From the NCBI GenBank assembly GCA_047495785.1, contig JBLDXI010000049.1, positions 1 to 64,000 of the forward strand: 64,000 bases of DNA, in the 5' to 3' direction. This document shows, one piece after another, positions 10,752 through 24,443 of the stretch. The notes below the pieces were generated by a model that saw only the letters and a program-made list of their open reading frames with translations, made no database searches and had not been told where the DNA came from. A program made the translations under genes and the position numbers. Origin of the DNA: Lepidodermella squamata (Eukaryota > Animalia > Gastrotricha). The stretch's first letter is position 1. Each line of letters starts with the position of its first letter.

Positions 10752-13700
10752 TCACGAATCTTTTCCGAAGATAATTCGACGCAGCGTTCGCCGAAACTCA
10801 AGATTGAAAACGGCGTACTGTGAAAAGGAAATATAATATTTCAAAAATGTCAGAAAGCTTAGTATTTTTGATCGAGAATTTGCCCTTCAAGGACTTGATT
10901 TCCGGCTAAATTACGCCGCAACGGAAATCACGTCGGTTGCTAAGCCGGATCTATAAAATGTCTTTTCCTCCCACACCTCTTCAAAGTGGTCAAGTTGACC
11001 TATTTGAAAACCAAGTATGAGATTATAACTTACCACGACAGGATTCATCGTGCTGTTGCCGTAGCCTGTAAATTGGCGAAGAAAATCAAAACAAAAATAA
11101 TTAAAGTCACGTTTTAGCACATTTGAATAGGATTAGTGGGATGTATTTTTGGCTAGCGCTGTAAGACATTTTGCTAGGCTGAATCCCCTCAAATTTTAAC
11201 GATAATTACGCATTACGCATAAATTGGTTCATCTGGAAGAGGGGAAAACGTTTCATCCGGCAATTAAAATTAAAATTATATTATCCGGACCGTGGTTAAG
11301 CATTTCCGCGATTTTAGCGAGGAAATTTGAAATTTCCTGAATAAAACCCGGACAAATCTGATCATAACTGGTTCACCCGCTCAGCCCCTTTACTAGGATT
11401 TTTCACTCATGTTGACAAATTTCACGATCAACTGTCATTGCCCTGACATTTTGTCTGGCCTAATTAGGACATCGCCACTCATTTTCTGGATCTTTTTCGT
11501 CGAATATTCTTCGGTTACTAAATGGACACTTAGGAATTTTTTGCGAAATCGATTCTTAGGTATAAGTAGAAATAAATAAAGCTTACCGAACCATACGAAG
11601 ACTTTGATCCATGCATCTGGTACGAAACAGCTCATTGTAGCTTCAGTGCTGAATGTAACACAGATTGCGTTGATAACGTTCGACGTGAAGAAAGGGCACC
11701 AGCATACAAAAAATAACACGAGCACGATCACCTGGAGAAATTGAGCAAAATAAATACTTTTAGCTGAAATATTAAAGGAAAGGAAAAGGAAATCTGCCAC
11801 TTGAGTGTTGAAATAAGGAATTTTTTGCAAATAATTCGAAATTGACATTGAAATCAAGATATTTGGAGATTGGAGCAATATAACCGATTTTGACAAAAAT
11901 ATGTTTTCGAACATCCTAATAACTTGCATGAATTTGCAGCGATTAAAAATTGTTGCACGAAATTTGTTACTCGTTAATCAGAATATCTTGTAGCGGAATC
12001 AAATTTACAGTGAGCGGAACCAAATTAGCTGTATCGGAACCAAAGTTAGATATAAGGATGCAAAGAATCATTTTTTGAAAAATTCTACGAATTTTAGGCG
12101 AAGCATGAAGTCTGAGCACCACGTCTTATAGTGAATTTTGCGCTGAATTGACTGGTGATTTTTCTAGAATTATTGTGGCTTGTGGCCAATCTTGACCCGC
12201 AAGAAAATCCGAAAAGCGATTTCAGGCCGCAAGAAAATTCCACAATTTTGTTCCACTAAAAGGAGGACCCCTCGTTAATCTCGAAGAAATCGGAGGGAAA
12301 ACTAAACGTTGACCGTGAGATGAGCTGGGCAATCTATGAGAAGATCAGTATTTTTGGATTGCAAAAATATTGCGACCAAGAATAATTTCTTGAATCAACT
12401 TCAACAAGAAATGTTTCCTAAATTTTCTAGAAAATTTTACCAAAATCAAGGACGAATTTCGAAACTCACGAGGCCTTTGCAAATTACTTGTCCCAAGTCG
12501 GGCCAGCGCGTTTTAAATTGCCAAAAGTTGAGATAAAATCAGGTGGGTGTTCAAAGTTTACATGAAAATCGTAAATCACTTTGCCCATTTTTTGGTATAA
12601 GAAGTATAAGGAAAGGAAAGGAAAGGTAAGGAAAGGAAAGGAATTCACGGGGAATTTGAAAGTATTTTATTTGAAATTTGTAGAGTCAATCGTGAAATTC
12701 TAAAAAATTCCAAAAAAATCAGTTTTAGGCGGCTAAATAATTATCTTAAATATGTCCTGCTTCTAGTGAAATTTTGCTCCACAACAGATAATTTCCGCTA
12801 TAATCAAGACCTTTAAAAAATTGAACTGAAGCAGAGGAAATAATAAATATTTTCATTACTCCAACTTACAAGCATTGTTGTAGCTTTGCGCTCCTTGGAA
12901 ATCGTCGCCCGAGTAGTTAGGCGATCAAGCCGGCCTGCTCGCCTTGAACTAACTTTCCGAACAGACAGTATGCGACTATTGCCCAGCGCCGGGCCAGTCA
13001 GCGTTGTCGAGTTGCCGCAGCTGGGCAGGTCGGGGTCAGTTGCGGCCGATTTCATCGCCGCATTCTTGTTGCGGCTCATCGACCGCGAGCTGCCCGTGCG
13101 CATCGCCGCCGGCCGGTCGTCATCCTGCACAGCAGCTGATTGATTCGGAGGCAATCCAGCCGAGTTCGATCGACTTGTCGCGTTACTAAAAATTATTTTG
13201 AATTCAAAAAAATGAAATGAACCCAAATAAAGTTCCAAATAAATAATAGAGAAGACTATACAAAATAAAGCATCCACCTTAATATTTTAATGGTGCGTTG
13301 GTACTTCCGCACATGGAAATTTCCGATGAAGCATTGAAGCCTTACTAATCGATTGCCATCTTTAGCAAATATTCCTCAAAAAATCATTAAAAATCATTGA
13401 AATTCAATAAAAATTATCCCAGTGATAAAGATCCTACTACCGTATTTGCTCCAATAGTATAGCCCATTCACCAATAATCGCCCATTCCTAATAGTAGCCC
13501 AGGGTTGAGGGGTCAAGTTGGCTCGAAAACATCAAAAATGAACGATTCACCAAAAATTATTTTCTGAATTTTCCAAAATTTCGAGGTTGAAATTTTAGTA
13601 GCTCGGGCTGCTATAGGAACAAAAACGGTAATAACTTCATCGAAGAATGGTAAAATTACCAAAATTTACAGATAAATAAATAGGCAATCACTTTACTAAG

Positions 13701-16700
13701 GCGTGTACCAAAAATCATCCACTTCTCAAAGAAGGCAGATTTTTAATCCTCGAAAATACGTGATTTTGTCCAAAATTATCCTTTTCCATTATTATCCAAA
13801 ATTATGTGGCTTTGCACATGGCGACCTTTGCACCCTAAATTTTTGACACTATGGTAGGATCGTAAGCTACCGATCCTTATTATTATCTATGTAGCAACCA
13901 ATCGTCCGCAATCATCCCACTTGGCTTAGCTCTCGAATAAGGAAAAGTAGTGTGTATATTGTGGGACATTTGGAAGGAATAATTCCAACGTTAAAGCGGA
14001 AGAAAAAATAATTTTAGTCGAGTTATTGAAGAGTCGAAACCTGGTTAGATGAAAAAAGATATTTTCCAAATTAAACGAAAATTTCAAAAATTATCAATTT
14101 TCAGGACAAAATTATGGTTAGATGAGAAAAGATTTTGGCAAGATGAAAAAAAGACACAGCCATATTTTCGTTAAATTTTTTCATCTTCGATTTTCATCGT
14201 TTCAGAAGACATGCAAAGAGAAGATACTAGCAATAAATAATAAGTCGCATATGGCCAATGATTGTGTTTTTTTTTTGTTCCATTTTACCGTATCATCGAT
14301 CAAATTAAAAATCTAAACCCTCATTTTTTGAAAAATAAAAATAAAAATTCCTTCGAAAATACCTATCTTATGTTATCATAGCCTATTCATTCTCATGAAC
14401 AAAACAGGAATCAAATTTCGATAATGCTATTGAGTCATGACTTCCGATTAAGCTCCACATATTCCGTGGGACATTAAAACATCTGAAATTTGAGAAAAAA
14501 ATTGGAAAAAAAACAATTACCTTTGGGAGGTGTTAGTATTCCGTTGCTGCTCCGGGGAGGTGAGCTGTGGCGAATCCAGTACGCTACTCCCCAGCTCGCT
14601 ACTGCCCCTCACCGTCGAATTGTCACCAGCCGATGGCAGCTGAGGCGAGGCCGTGACGAGCAGAGTCGGCAAAGACGTCGCAACTTCACCCAGGTACACG
14701 CCGCTCGCGTCGTCGTACATACACCGCTTGCCATTCGCCTGAACCGGCAGCCGGTCAGCAGTTTTCGGGCAGTTTTTCCCGCTATTTTTTGCTTGCTTTT
14801 TAGTTTTCGGCTGTGGAAACGAGTCCTGTTTTTTCATTAACGGCGTCGACGAATTTCCGCCCGAATTTCTAGGGTCATGTTCGGTTTCTTTACCCGAACT
14901 GCAGCGGTGGTGATGCCGCCCGCCGTCTTCGACCGTGCTTTGGCTTCGTTGGCGTTTTTCGTGGGCGATTTTCGCCAGGTGCCGGAAGTAGCCGGACGAG
15001 CGGTAGCGGCGGGCGAATGACCGTTTTGCGCGTTGAGCCAGAACGCGGAAAATAGCGACGTATAGCACGACCATGACGCCGCTGGGGATGAAGAACGAGA
15101 ATATGGACGAGTAGAACAGGTAGTTGAGATTGCCCAGCGCACACACGCCGTCGAAATCGTCGTGGTTATGATTCACACCTATATCATAGATTCATAGTCA
15201 AATTCAATGGTATTTGCCAGCGCGTTTCAAAAAAATTCCAAGAAAACAGGAAAATAATTATTTAGGTAAGAGGCGAAATCGGCCAACGGTTAAAAACGGG
15301 CGAAACAAATCGCCAATGAAAGCTAGCAGTCTCAAGTTTCAGGTCAAAAAGTGCAATTTGTCATTTTTGACTCAAATCTGGACAATTTGCAGAAAGATTT
15401 TAGTGTCAGTCCATCCACGAACCTACGAAATTTTGACATCAATCGATGCGAATTAATAATGAACAATAAATCGAAATCCGTCAAGGAAATGTAGGTTCGG
15501 CGGCGGCAAAATATTTAGAGCATCGCGCCCTAAATTCGGCCACTTTTTGGGTTTTTCCTACTTTGCCAGCCAGGTGAGTTTTTAAAAAATATTCGGAAAA
15601 TACGGAATTATCGAGGAGTTCTCGGGCTATCAAATGCCGGTTTCTGCAAGTCTGGACGACTTTACCTTGATTTGTGGCTAATTTTGCAGTCACCTAGACT
15701 CCTGGCCGGAATTAGGGAACCGGGTTCCCTAATTTCGGCCACCTCATCCAGTATAATGCCTCAAGTTTGATACCGTTAAAACAGTTTTGAATTGCGCGCG
15801 ATCTTGTGAACCAGGATATCTCCACGCGGCGGCTTGTTTAGAGTCACATAGTATCAACTTATTGAAATTTTCACGAAACACCTGCGCATGCTGACGCATC
15901 GGGATTTTTGTTATATGTATATGAAGTAATCGCAGGTCATTTCTTAATTACTAAAATTATTTTCAAGTCATTTGCACCAGTATTATACTGGATTTCACCT
16001 GCAAACCTGCCCTTACAGGAATTACTCCACCTACTTGGTTCAGATAGCGGAGCTTTTAGAACAAACGCTGGTTTTTAACCTTGAAATGGGTTAAAAAAGG
16101 TCTAAAATTAACCCTGTTCACATTACTATAGCTGAGCCGGGGACATAGCAAGAAAATCCGACGTTTTTCATCGTCAAGATGAAAAAAGTTTAATTTGGAC
16201 AAAAACATGTATTCAGAAAATCAGGGAAAAATTATAAAAAAATTAAAATTTCTTGGCTTAAGTGGGTGCAATTTCAAATGGCTGTAAAAATGTTGGAATT
16301 TGTTTACTTTTCACCTTAATTTTATAAAAAAAAATGGCCAATGGAATGGGTTAATTTGGAGACCAGGGTGTTCATTTTTGACACCTCATTAGCATATTTA
16401 CTTTTGCATTATTTTTGTAAATATCAAAAATATTTCAAGCCTTTCTTGATGAGCGCAAGAAAGGTGAATAGGCGGATAGTCCAAATTTAACCAGCGCTAC
16501 AATATATCTCTTTAAGCTCGAAAACTTGAATTTATTTCAATTTCCCGCTCAATTATTCCATTTTTTACAAACAATTTCCTGAACTGCTTGAACCGATTAC
16601 CGAATTACTCATCAAAATTATGGAAAAAATGCATAAGGGAGGCATATGCGAAAACACGAGAAAATGAAGGCAGCACTTACCGAAAACAATAGGCGACGCA

Positions 16701-19700
16701 ATACCGCCAGATATGGTCCATATTGCTAGCATCGGAAGCCAAAATGAAAGATAAGGATTGCGCTGAATCGTCCCATAAGTAAAAGGCTTGACGATTGCAA
16801 TGTATCTGAAACAAAAATAAAAAATAAAAATAAAAAAAACGCAAAAAAAAAGAATCCGCCGAGACCCGGGATCGAACCAGGGACCTTTAGATCTTCAGTC
16901 TAACGCTCTCCCAACTGAGCTATCTCGGCTTGTATGAAGTAAGGAAGCGTGGTGGCATGGTGACTAATACTCTCTTTCACGTGTATTACCCTCTTTTACA
17001 CAGCTGTTAGCATACTTATATCAGCATAATTAGTGTATCCTAACATGCACACACATAGGTCAAATTTTTATCGCTTTTTTGCCGTTTTGACTCGCTGCGC
17101 TGAGTGGCGTCATTTGATGCCGAGCAACAAAAAATGTCGTGATGTAGGATGTAAGGGATCTAGCTATGATGTTTACCGTGTTCCTGATCACGAATGATTG
17201 TCTAATCCTGCACCCAGGGTAACAGGCCGAATCATCCTGGGCTGAACCCCAGACACTCAAGGTCAAGTAATTCAAGACATCTAGCGCAAATTGACAATTA
17301 AAATTCGCTAAAATCAGAACATCCTAAACGATTTTGCCACCGGCTATCCAATAATTCACAGACGTCTATAAAAAATACGCTCACAGCATTTGGCTTATAT
17401 CGGGATTAGAGAGTAGCCAGTAATTGTATGCAAACCTGTTGTAAGCTATCGCTGCTAGGCCTAAAATTGAAGCGGTTGAGGCAGTTACGTCGGCTGCTAG
17501 CCAAATATTGCACAATGTCGGGCCAAAAGGCCATCTGCTGTCGAATATCTGAAATAAATAAAAAATTATTATAAAATTGACCTAAACCCGATAAGTTTCT
17601 CTTTTTCAAGTTGCAAAGAGGTAAAAATAAAAACAGAATTGGCTATCGGGGTGCATCTGAACGGTTTTGGATAATGGAATTTCATTACTCAAATTGATGG
17701 CGAAAAGGGAAATTTTCCGATTATATAACCAGCAAAAGAATTAATTTTTCCATAATTATTGACAAATTGAGTGAGCCTTTTTAAAAAAATGGAGATTTCA
17801 AAATGCGAACCGATAAACCTCATACACCGATTGACCGATAGAGTAGAAAGCCCTAATCGCCGCCGCTTCCAAAATTCGACCTAACTTCGGCGACCGGCCG
17901 AAATTTTGACAACAAATAATGCTGTGAAGCAGTTTTTTTGCACGCAACTCAAGAAATTCGCATTGTTGAGCCAATCTGTTTCATGATTTTTCAAGCACGT
18001 GATCACAAAAAATAGTTCTAAATGCGGGCGAGGTGGGTCATGTCGCTTCTCGAGTGCTTTGTTACCATAAACACCAGAGTTTCAGGCATCACATCGTCAA
18101 GGAAAAGCTCCCAGGTAAAGCAACAAAGGCGATTTCCACGCTAAGCTCGCCGAGATGAATTTAATGGTATCAAACTTAAGGTATTGGCGTTAACTGGATG
18201 GGGTGGCCGAAATTAAAGCACCCGGTTCCCTAATTCCGGCCAGGAGTCTAGGTGACCACAAAATTAGCCATAAATCAAGGTAAAATAGTCCAGATTTGCG
18301 GAAACCGGCATTCGATAGCCCAAGAACTCCTTCACAATTCTGTATTTGCCGAATATTTTCTAAAAATTCACCTGGCTGGCAAAGTAGGAAAATCCCAAAA
18401 AGCGGCCGAATTTAGGGCTGCATGCTCTATTACACAAGTCAGATAAACAGTTTTCACCGATGAAGCAGTCAGAGTGGATTTCAAAATGGAAAAATACTTT
18501 TTTGAACAGCAAATTTCGATACGTTCAATCTTATGTGCTGAACCGGTAAAAAGCTGTGATACTGATAAAGTATCAAAAATAGCAAAAAAACCGGCATTGG
18601 CTGTAGTTTATTCAACCCGTTCAAAATATTGAACGGGTATTGAACGGTTGATCTTGAATATTGAGTGAGCGGAAAATTTGGAAAGTTAAGAACACAATTT
18701 CAGAAATTTCAGAAAAAATAATGTTAAAATTCTAAAAGATTTAAAATTTAAAATTTAATTTCTCCGAGCTCCTCTTCAGAGCCGGCGGATTGTTGTCCGC
18801 TTCTGCGCCTTAACGAACCCAACGAATCCCGGTCGTCAGCACTATGTCCCTATGGAAATGGACAACCCAGACACGTCTTGTCCTAGCGCATTGTCTTTCT
18901 GCATTGGTGACACTTGATTGATGACACCGGGGCAGCCGCTGCAGATCTTAAAAGCTTCAAAGCCTTCACAACTCCGCGGAAATATATTTCATGTCCTAAA
19001 ACTCAATTTTCTAATTTTTGCTGTTGAAAAAGCCCATGGTGACAATATGACTGTGACACGTGGCACCATGAATTTCGGGCTCCAGCACTTAATTTGCGGA
19101 TCTGGCACGGCGAGTTTGCCTTTTCTAGAAACTCAATTTTGTATTAACCAACCGATTGCTGCCCAAATTAGTTAATTTGGCCGATGGCCGATAGATCTCT
19201 TTATTACTTAATTACGGGTATTTTGAGGTTTAAACGGTCTCAGTTCCAGAGGCCTCCAGAGCCGATATCGACTTTAAGTATCGATTTCACAAATCAGTTA
19301 TTTTTTTCCAATATTGGCTGCCACGAAAGTAACGTCGGTCGTTTCTATACGTACCTTTTAGGGCACCATGTAGCTAAAATAAAAAAGATTCCCACATTCT
19401 TGGAGGGCAACAAACGACAAATCCGAAATTGACCACAATCGGAACAATTTGGTGCCGGAGCACCTAATTTTAGAGTTGGAACTTCAGTTTTGGCGGTGCA
19501 AATATTTTTAGACCCATTTCCTGAGTAATTTTTTAAGCAAAAGCATCCAGGTATCAACTTCGCCATCAATATCTCAAAATAATTGCTGGTTCTGATGATC
19601 AACACATTATTACGTTATTACACTACGTTAATTAGCGAGAATCCGTTCCTATTTTGCTTGTTTAAAATTTCTCGAAATTCCAGAAAAACTGGTTAAATAT

Positions 19701-20453
19701 TATGTTTTTCAATCATTCAAATTAAAATGAACGTTCTATTCGATTTTCGGATGAAATTATTGCCAACTAAAAGAATGATACATAAATTTATCATCCCGCA
19801 CTACAGATAAGGAGATCACATTTCGATAACATATCCGGGCTGCGAGTTTCAATTTTCTACCCTATCGAATTCGATGAAATGTTAGGTTTGAAAGATCTTG
19901 AAAAATATTTCGAACAAACCGCAAAAATTATGATTGAATGAAAAATTCGGTTTAAAAAGGGGCGAAAAGGGAGATTTTGTGAACAATTCTTCAGATAAGA
20001 CGCTCTGAATTTTTCGAAAAAAATCTGCAATTTACTCACCTCTAAATAGGCTGCTAGTGGCATCATAAAAACGCCGACGATGAGATCGGCAACAGAAAGC
20101 GAGGCGAGGAAATAATTCGATACAGTGCGAAGTGACCGCTCAAGCGTGACGCACAAAACAACGAGAACATTGCCGCCGATCGTCAACAAACCAGCGAGAC
20201 ACAGCACGGTCAGCAGTAGAATCTGTTCGGTTAGCGTCCACGGGTGGTCGTGCGTGTGGCCGCCGCCGAAGCCTCGCATCGGCGCCGGCGTTTGGTGCTG
20301 TTGCTGCGTGGCTAGGAGGGCTGTCACTTCTTCGCTGCTCAACGGCCGGCCCTGTTCCTGCACCATATAGTGCACCTGTGAGTTGATGAACTTGATATCG
20401 TTGACCATCTTATCGAAGAATTCGACCAGCGAAACAATCACCGTGAAATTCAT
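10752..20453 (-). CDS. Aminergic (dopamine/octopamine/serotonin-like) class A GPCR; exons 20453-20040, 17548-17436, 16805-16681, 15178-14521, 13185-12870, 11731-11587, 11065-11034, 10817-10752
   Basis: All seven GT-AG introns are phase-compatible. Motifs GNVLVV, SLSVADL, WLAADVTASTASI (Asp3.32 kept), NRY, KERKATTML, CWCPFF, NSTMNPVVYAVFN. Confidence 0.9.
12611..12642 (+). repeat. (GGAAA)n microsatellite
   Basis: ggaaaggaaaggaaaggtaaggaaaggaaagg. Confidence 0.8.
15517..15774 (-). repeat. Dispersed repeat (MITE-like), inverted copy of 18166-18428
   Basis: The reverse complement aligns with 18166-18428; homologous ORF translations MTAKLATNQGK / MTTKLAINQGK. Confidence 0.85.
16857..16929 (-). 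tRNA. tRNA-Phe: tRNA-Phe (GAA), intronic
   Basis: GCCGAGATAGCTCAGTTGGGAGAGCGTTAGACTGAAGATCTAAAGGTCCCTGGTTCGATCCCGGGTCTCGGCG. Full cloverleaf, A and B boxes, downstream T-run terminator. Confidence 0.97.
18166..18428 (+). repeat. Dispersed repeat (MITE-like), inverted copy of 15517-15774
   Basis: Visual alignment to the reverse complement of 15517-15774. Confidence 0.85.
19185..19510 (+). mobile_element. Partial copy of the MITE family at 38396 and 42882
   Basis: Shared blocks AGAGCCGATATCGA..AAGTATCGATTT, TTAGGGCACCAT and TTTGGTGCxGGA. Confidence 0.6.
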
Positions 20454-21162
20454 TTTTTTCAGCCCAGGTGATTTTAATTATAGAAAAAAACAAAATTCGA
20501 ACATGAAATGATATAGGCGAGAGTAAGAGCTGCGAGCACTAGACTGTCTGTTAGAAGATAGAAAGCGTTAAATATCACGGAGTTTTGATCTAATGCACGA
20601 AGGCCGGAAGTCAGGCAAGTGTTGATGGCGCCACGCGTTGATCGACCAGCTTCACAAAAGCTTTCACAGAATCATAGCTCAGCGCCTCTTCCCGGTTTGT
20701 TGTGATGTCACTTGAAAGCGATTCTATTTACCTGTTGTCTTACAAGAGCTATCATGTTATTTTTATCGAAAGATCGGACACCGCCTACAATATGCTATAA
20801 AAGATGATCAAGATGGTTGTAAGCAATACAGCCGCAATTACCAACGAAAAATTTCACTTAAGTTGGGAAACGAAATTTAAGTAAGCCGAAACGATTTTTG
20901 AGCATAAATTCTTGCGTCCGTCTTGAATTTCACGTTGTAAATTTCTTTTTCTTACAAGAAATTCTCAATAAGCTAAATAATATAAATTTCTGTGTTAAAT
21001 GTTGCATGTGTGCACAAATTAATTTTGACGATCGATTTTTGTTAAAATTTCTGGAAAAATAGACGATACCTAATACGAAAAATCAAAATTTAAGAATAAA
21101 TAATTAAAGAGGGATTTTTATAATGAATTTGAGACCAGTACCATTGTCGCGTGTGTGAATAT

Positions 21163-21626
21163 AATAAGAAGACATTCCTCAACCTTTTCGGACTGCCGCG
21201 ACACTTGTTACCTAACAGTTTATTAGCCGACATTCCACGACAAAACCGAGCAGAAATGAGCCACTTTTCACATGAAAGATCATTTGGAAATTTAGATCTC
21301 TCATAGATGTATAGGAGCTGCTGAATCTATTTTCATCAGAGATAAACAACCAGCGATAAACAGACAATTAAACCGGAAGAAACAAGAAGACGAGAAGAAG
21401 AAAAAGATGGAAAGCAAACAGAAAGAAAAATCTAAAGTCCAACTTAATATAATAATTAACTTAATTGCATTGTTGTAGAAATTATTTAAGCCAAGCACTG
21501 AACTGAACTGATCGATTGCTTATGCCTTGATGAAGGTTGTGCTTAAACAACCGAAACGTCGGCTAATAAACTTTTTGGTAACAATAGTCGCGGTAGTCCG
21601 AAAAGGGTGAGGAATGTCTTCTTATT
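21163..21626. mobile_element. Inverted-repeat remnant with a hammerhead-like motif (possible Penelope-like element terminal repeat)
   Basis: ~70-bp inverted arms at 21163-21231 and 21558-21626. Motif GCC-TTGATGA-A-GGTTG..CAACC-GAAA-CG-TC-GGC at 21524-21563. Confidence 0.55.
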
Positions 21627-23963
21627 AAGAAATTTTTATTTTCTAACGGGAAGTATGAAATTTGACTTTTCCGTTCATGAGTACTAAGAATACTTGAAAC
21701 TGAAAATCAGACCAACTCATGACAGGTCTTTATAGTGACAGGCAACATCGTAAACAAATAACTCAGCAGTTCAAAGAAGCTAATATCAGACATTCAACAA
21801 AGCTAAAGGTATAAAATCGAAATTGTTCGCAGTCGAACCGAAATTGAATTCCGGCGATTTGACGTGTGTTATTAAAGCAATAAAACTGCACAACTGCAGT
21901 ACAAGCTAAAAGTCATGATTCATGATGTACACTTTTACGTGTAATAATTACGAGCTCAATCAAAATGTAGGTTACGACATGACCTGAGAGCGCGGACCTT
22001 GTCGTAATAATGACAGCTAGCGCCGTCTATAGTAATTGGAAGAGACGGGGCAAAGAGGAACGCACCTTAGCAACAGTTTTAATCGCCAACTTGATAATAT
22101 AAGATATAAGACGGGTAATTCTAATGCGAATAAAAGAAGAATAAAAGAGCGAATAAATATTTTTTAACTCAGCCTGACTCCTTAAACCTGCAAAATTCGT
22201 ATTCTGAGGAGGATGAGCCACGTAAACTGAATATTAATGGGGCCAGGTGACAACTTCAAGACAATAGCAAACAAGATGTATAAAGTAATGACAGGAGACG
22301 GCAGCTGTCATGATTGGTTGTACTGAAGGGATAATAATAATTGCTCTCAGACATTTTCAGGACAAAGATTTCCTGGTTAAATGCCAAAAAACTTCAACAT
22401 TTTTTTTATATTGATTTGAAAATATCAAAATTTTACCATGCCGAAACCCGCTGAGCAAATTTCAAGTATTTGATTTAGTCAAAAAGCCTTGGGGTCATGA
22501 CGACAACGCTATAAATCGGGCAATAAGCTCAAATTTTAAAGTCGTAGAGGTCCTCGGGCGAATAGACATGGCGCGTTAATCTTCACTAACTTAGCTCACC
22601 TACTTCTCGATCTTTCATTCCGTAAAAAGGAGTCACGGGTGTGTAAAAAAACGCGCATCTGTCAGTTATGATCATCGATTCTATAGCCGCACATCAATTT
22701 GTCTGGCTACCTCCGACTGACATCGCTATATCTTTGTCTATGACTACATTTAAAATTCAAAGAGATAATACAATTGCCTAGCACCAAAGTATCAATCGTC
22801 TGATGCATGAATCAGATTCGCGGCTATAAATAAATACTAGCAAAATGAGACACATGCATTTTTAATGAGGAAATCACGAAATGAATAATTTTAAATTTTG
22901 GTTTTTTGAAACAAAATTAACAGAATTTTGAATTTTTTTATATCATACTTATCTAATATCAAATGATGCCCAGTTCATAAAGGAATGATGAGGCATAACA
23001 CAGAAAATTTAAATCATTTTTTTAATATTCTTAATCCCTTCTGAAATGCATTTTTTTATCTAAACCCTGTTCAGCTAAAAATAAGTATTTTGCCAACATT
23101 TTCCAGTCATATAGTTCTGAGGCTTTGCTGCGACGAAAGATGCCTATTATCGATAGCTGAAAATTAAAATGGGCAATGAGATGAGCAATTTTTGTTTATA
23201 AACCAAATTTTTATATGAAGTGTAAAATATAAAAAAAATATCATAAAAAAGGTGAATTTTCGAATTGTGATCGAATAATCGCGTCTGAAAGAGTATAAAT
23301 TTTGAACAAACGAGGTTTTGAACGGACATATGGCGGCTGCGTGGATTTTACTTGCAAAAAATGACCATCAATGAACCCGCCAACTTTAACGAGACACTCG
23401 CGCGGCGGCAATATTCACACCATTATAGTTGATTATATTGCGAGAATTCGCAGTGATAAGTGCGACTAAAACTCATCGCTCTAATGTGAATTATTTTCAT
23501 CACGTAGTTATGGATTTTTCAATGAAGGTGTGGTCTTCAAGTCATCTTCAAGTTTCCCCGATCATTTTGAATTCTACTTTATACTGATTTTTTGCTATTT
23601 TTTTCTCCTTTGGAAAAATATTATAGAATTTTCTAGCGCTGCATTCCTGAAATGGAAAGTCTAGTGATTCCCGTGGGGCAGCTTTTGGGACTCGGATTCC
23701 AGAAAAAACCGGCTCTTAACAAAATTGGCTGGTAGAAATGGACGAAAATCATGCACCAAAAATTGAATAAAAACTTCCATTTTATTACAATAAATAAGAC
23801 ATTGTTGTTTCGTACAGTGTACAGCAGAAAATATTTTGTTTACCAAGGTGGAAAGGCTCAGTGAATTAAGTTTGAAGAACCTAATAACACGCTTGTGATG
23901 ATGAGATAAGCTCACAAATAATATTTTGAAAAATTTTCAGCTGATATGCAAGGTGGATTTTTC

Positions 23964-24368
23964 TTATTTCCCGCTGAATTTCTGGTCGTTTTGGTTGAAT
24001 GCTCGCAGGCTGTCCATTAGCGCCAGGGCGGTGAGTCGCTTTTCCATACGATCGGAAACATCGTCACTTTCATCGCCGTCGAAGCTGTCGAAATTAGTTT
24101 CGTAGGAGCGCTTGCGACGCGTTTCGAGGCTAGAATCGTCCGAATCTAGGTCAGCTGAGCGTTTTCGCGATTCACCGCTGAAATCATCCGAGCTGAACCG
24201 CTTTTCCCTGTATAGAAAGAAATATTAATTTTTTTTACATTGCACGAAATTTAAAACTTACGCGTCCTCGTCATCAACGGATTCTTCTTCAAAAATCGGA
24301 GCAGCGGCGGCGAAAACAGCAAGAGCTATAACGCCGAGGAGCAGAATTGCGATCTTTTTGCATGCCAT
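23964..24368 (-). CDS. Neuropeptide-type precursor; exons 24368-24262, 24207-23964
   Basis: MACKKIAILLLGVIALAVFAAAA signal; acidic spacers cut by KR/RKR/RRKR; C-terminal KR-LTALALMDSLRAFNQNDQKFS-GK-stop (amidation signal); phase-2 intron. Confidence 0.85.
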
Positions 24369-24435
24369 TTCAAGTAAAAATCAGTAAAAATTCGTAAACT
24401 TCTAGTAAAATTTTGCAATGTTCTGAATAAAGCGA

Positions 24436-24443
24436 TGACGTCA
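24436..24443. promoter_or_regulatory. Perfect CRE palindrome (TGACGTCA) ~70 bp upstream of the peptide precursor ATG
   Basis: Exact 8-mer match; function is inferred. Confidence 0.4.

Noticed and set aside
22027-22221. Penelope RT C-terminal fragment (AHPP...FIRIR)
   Set aside because: Only a faint motif resemblance; needs a profile search.
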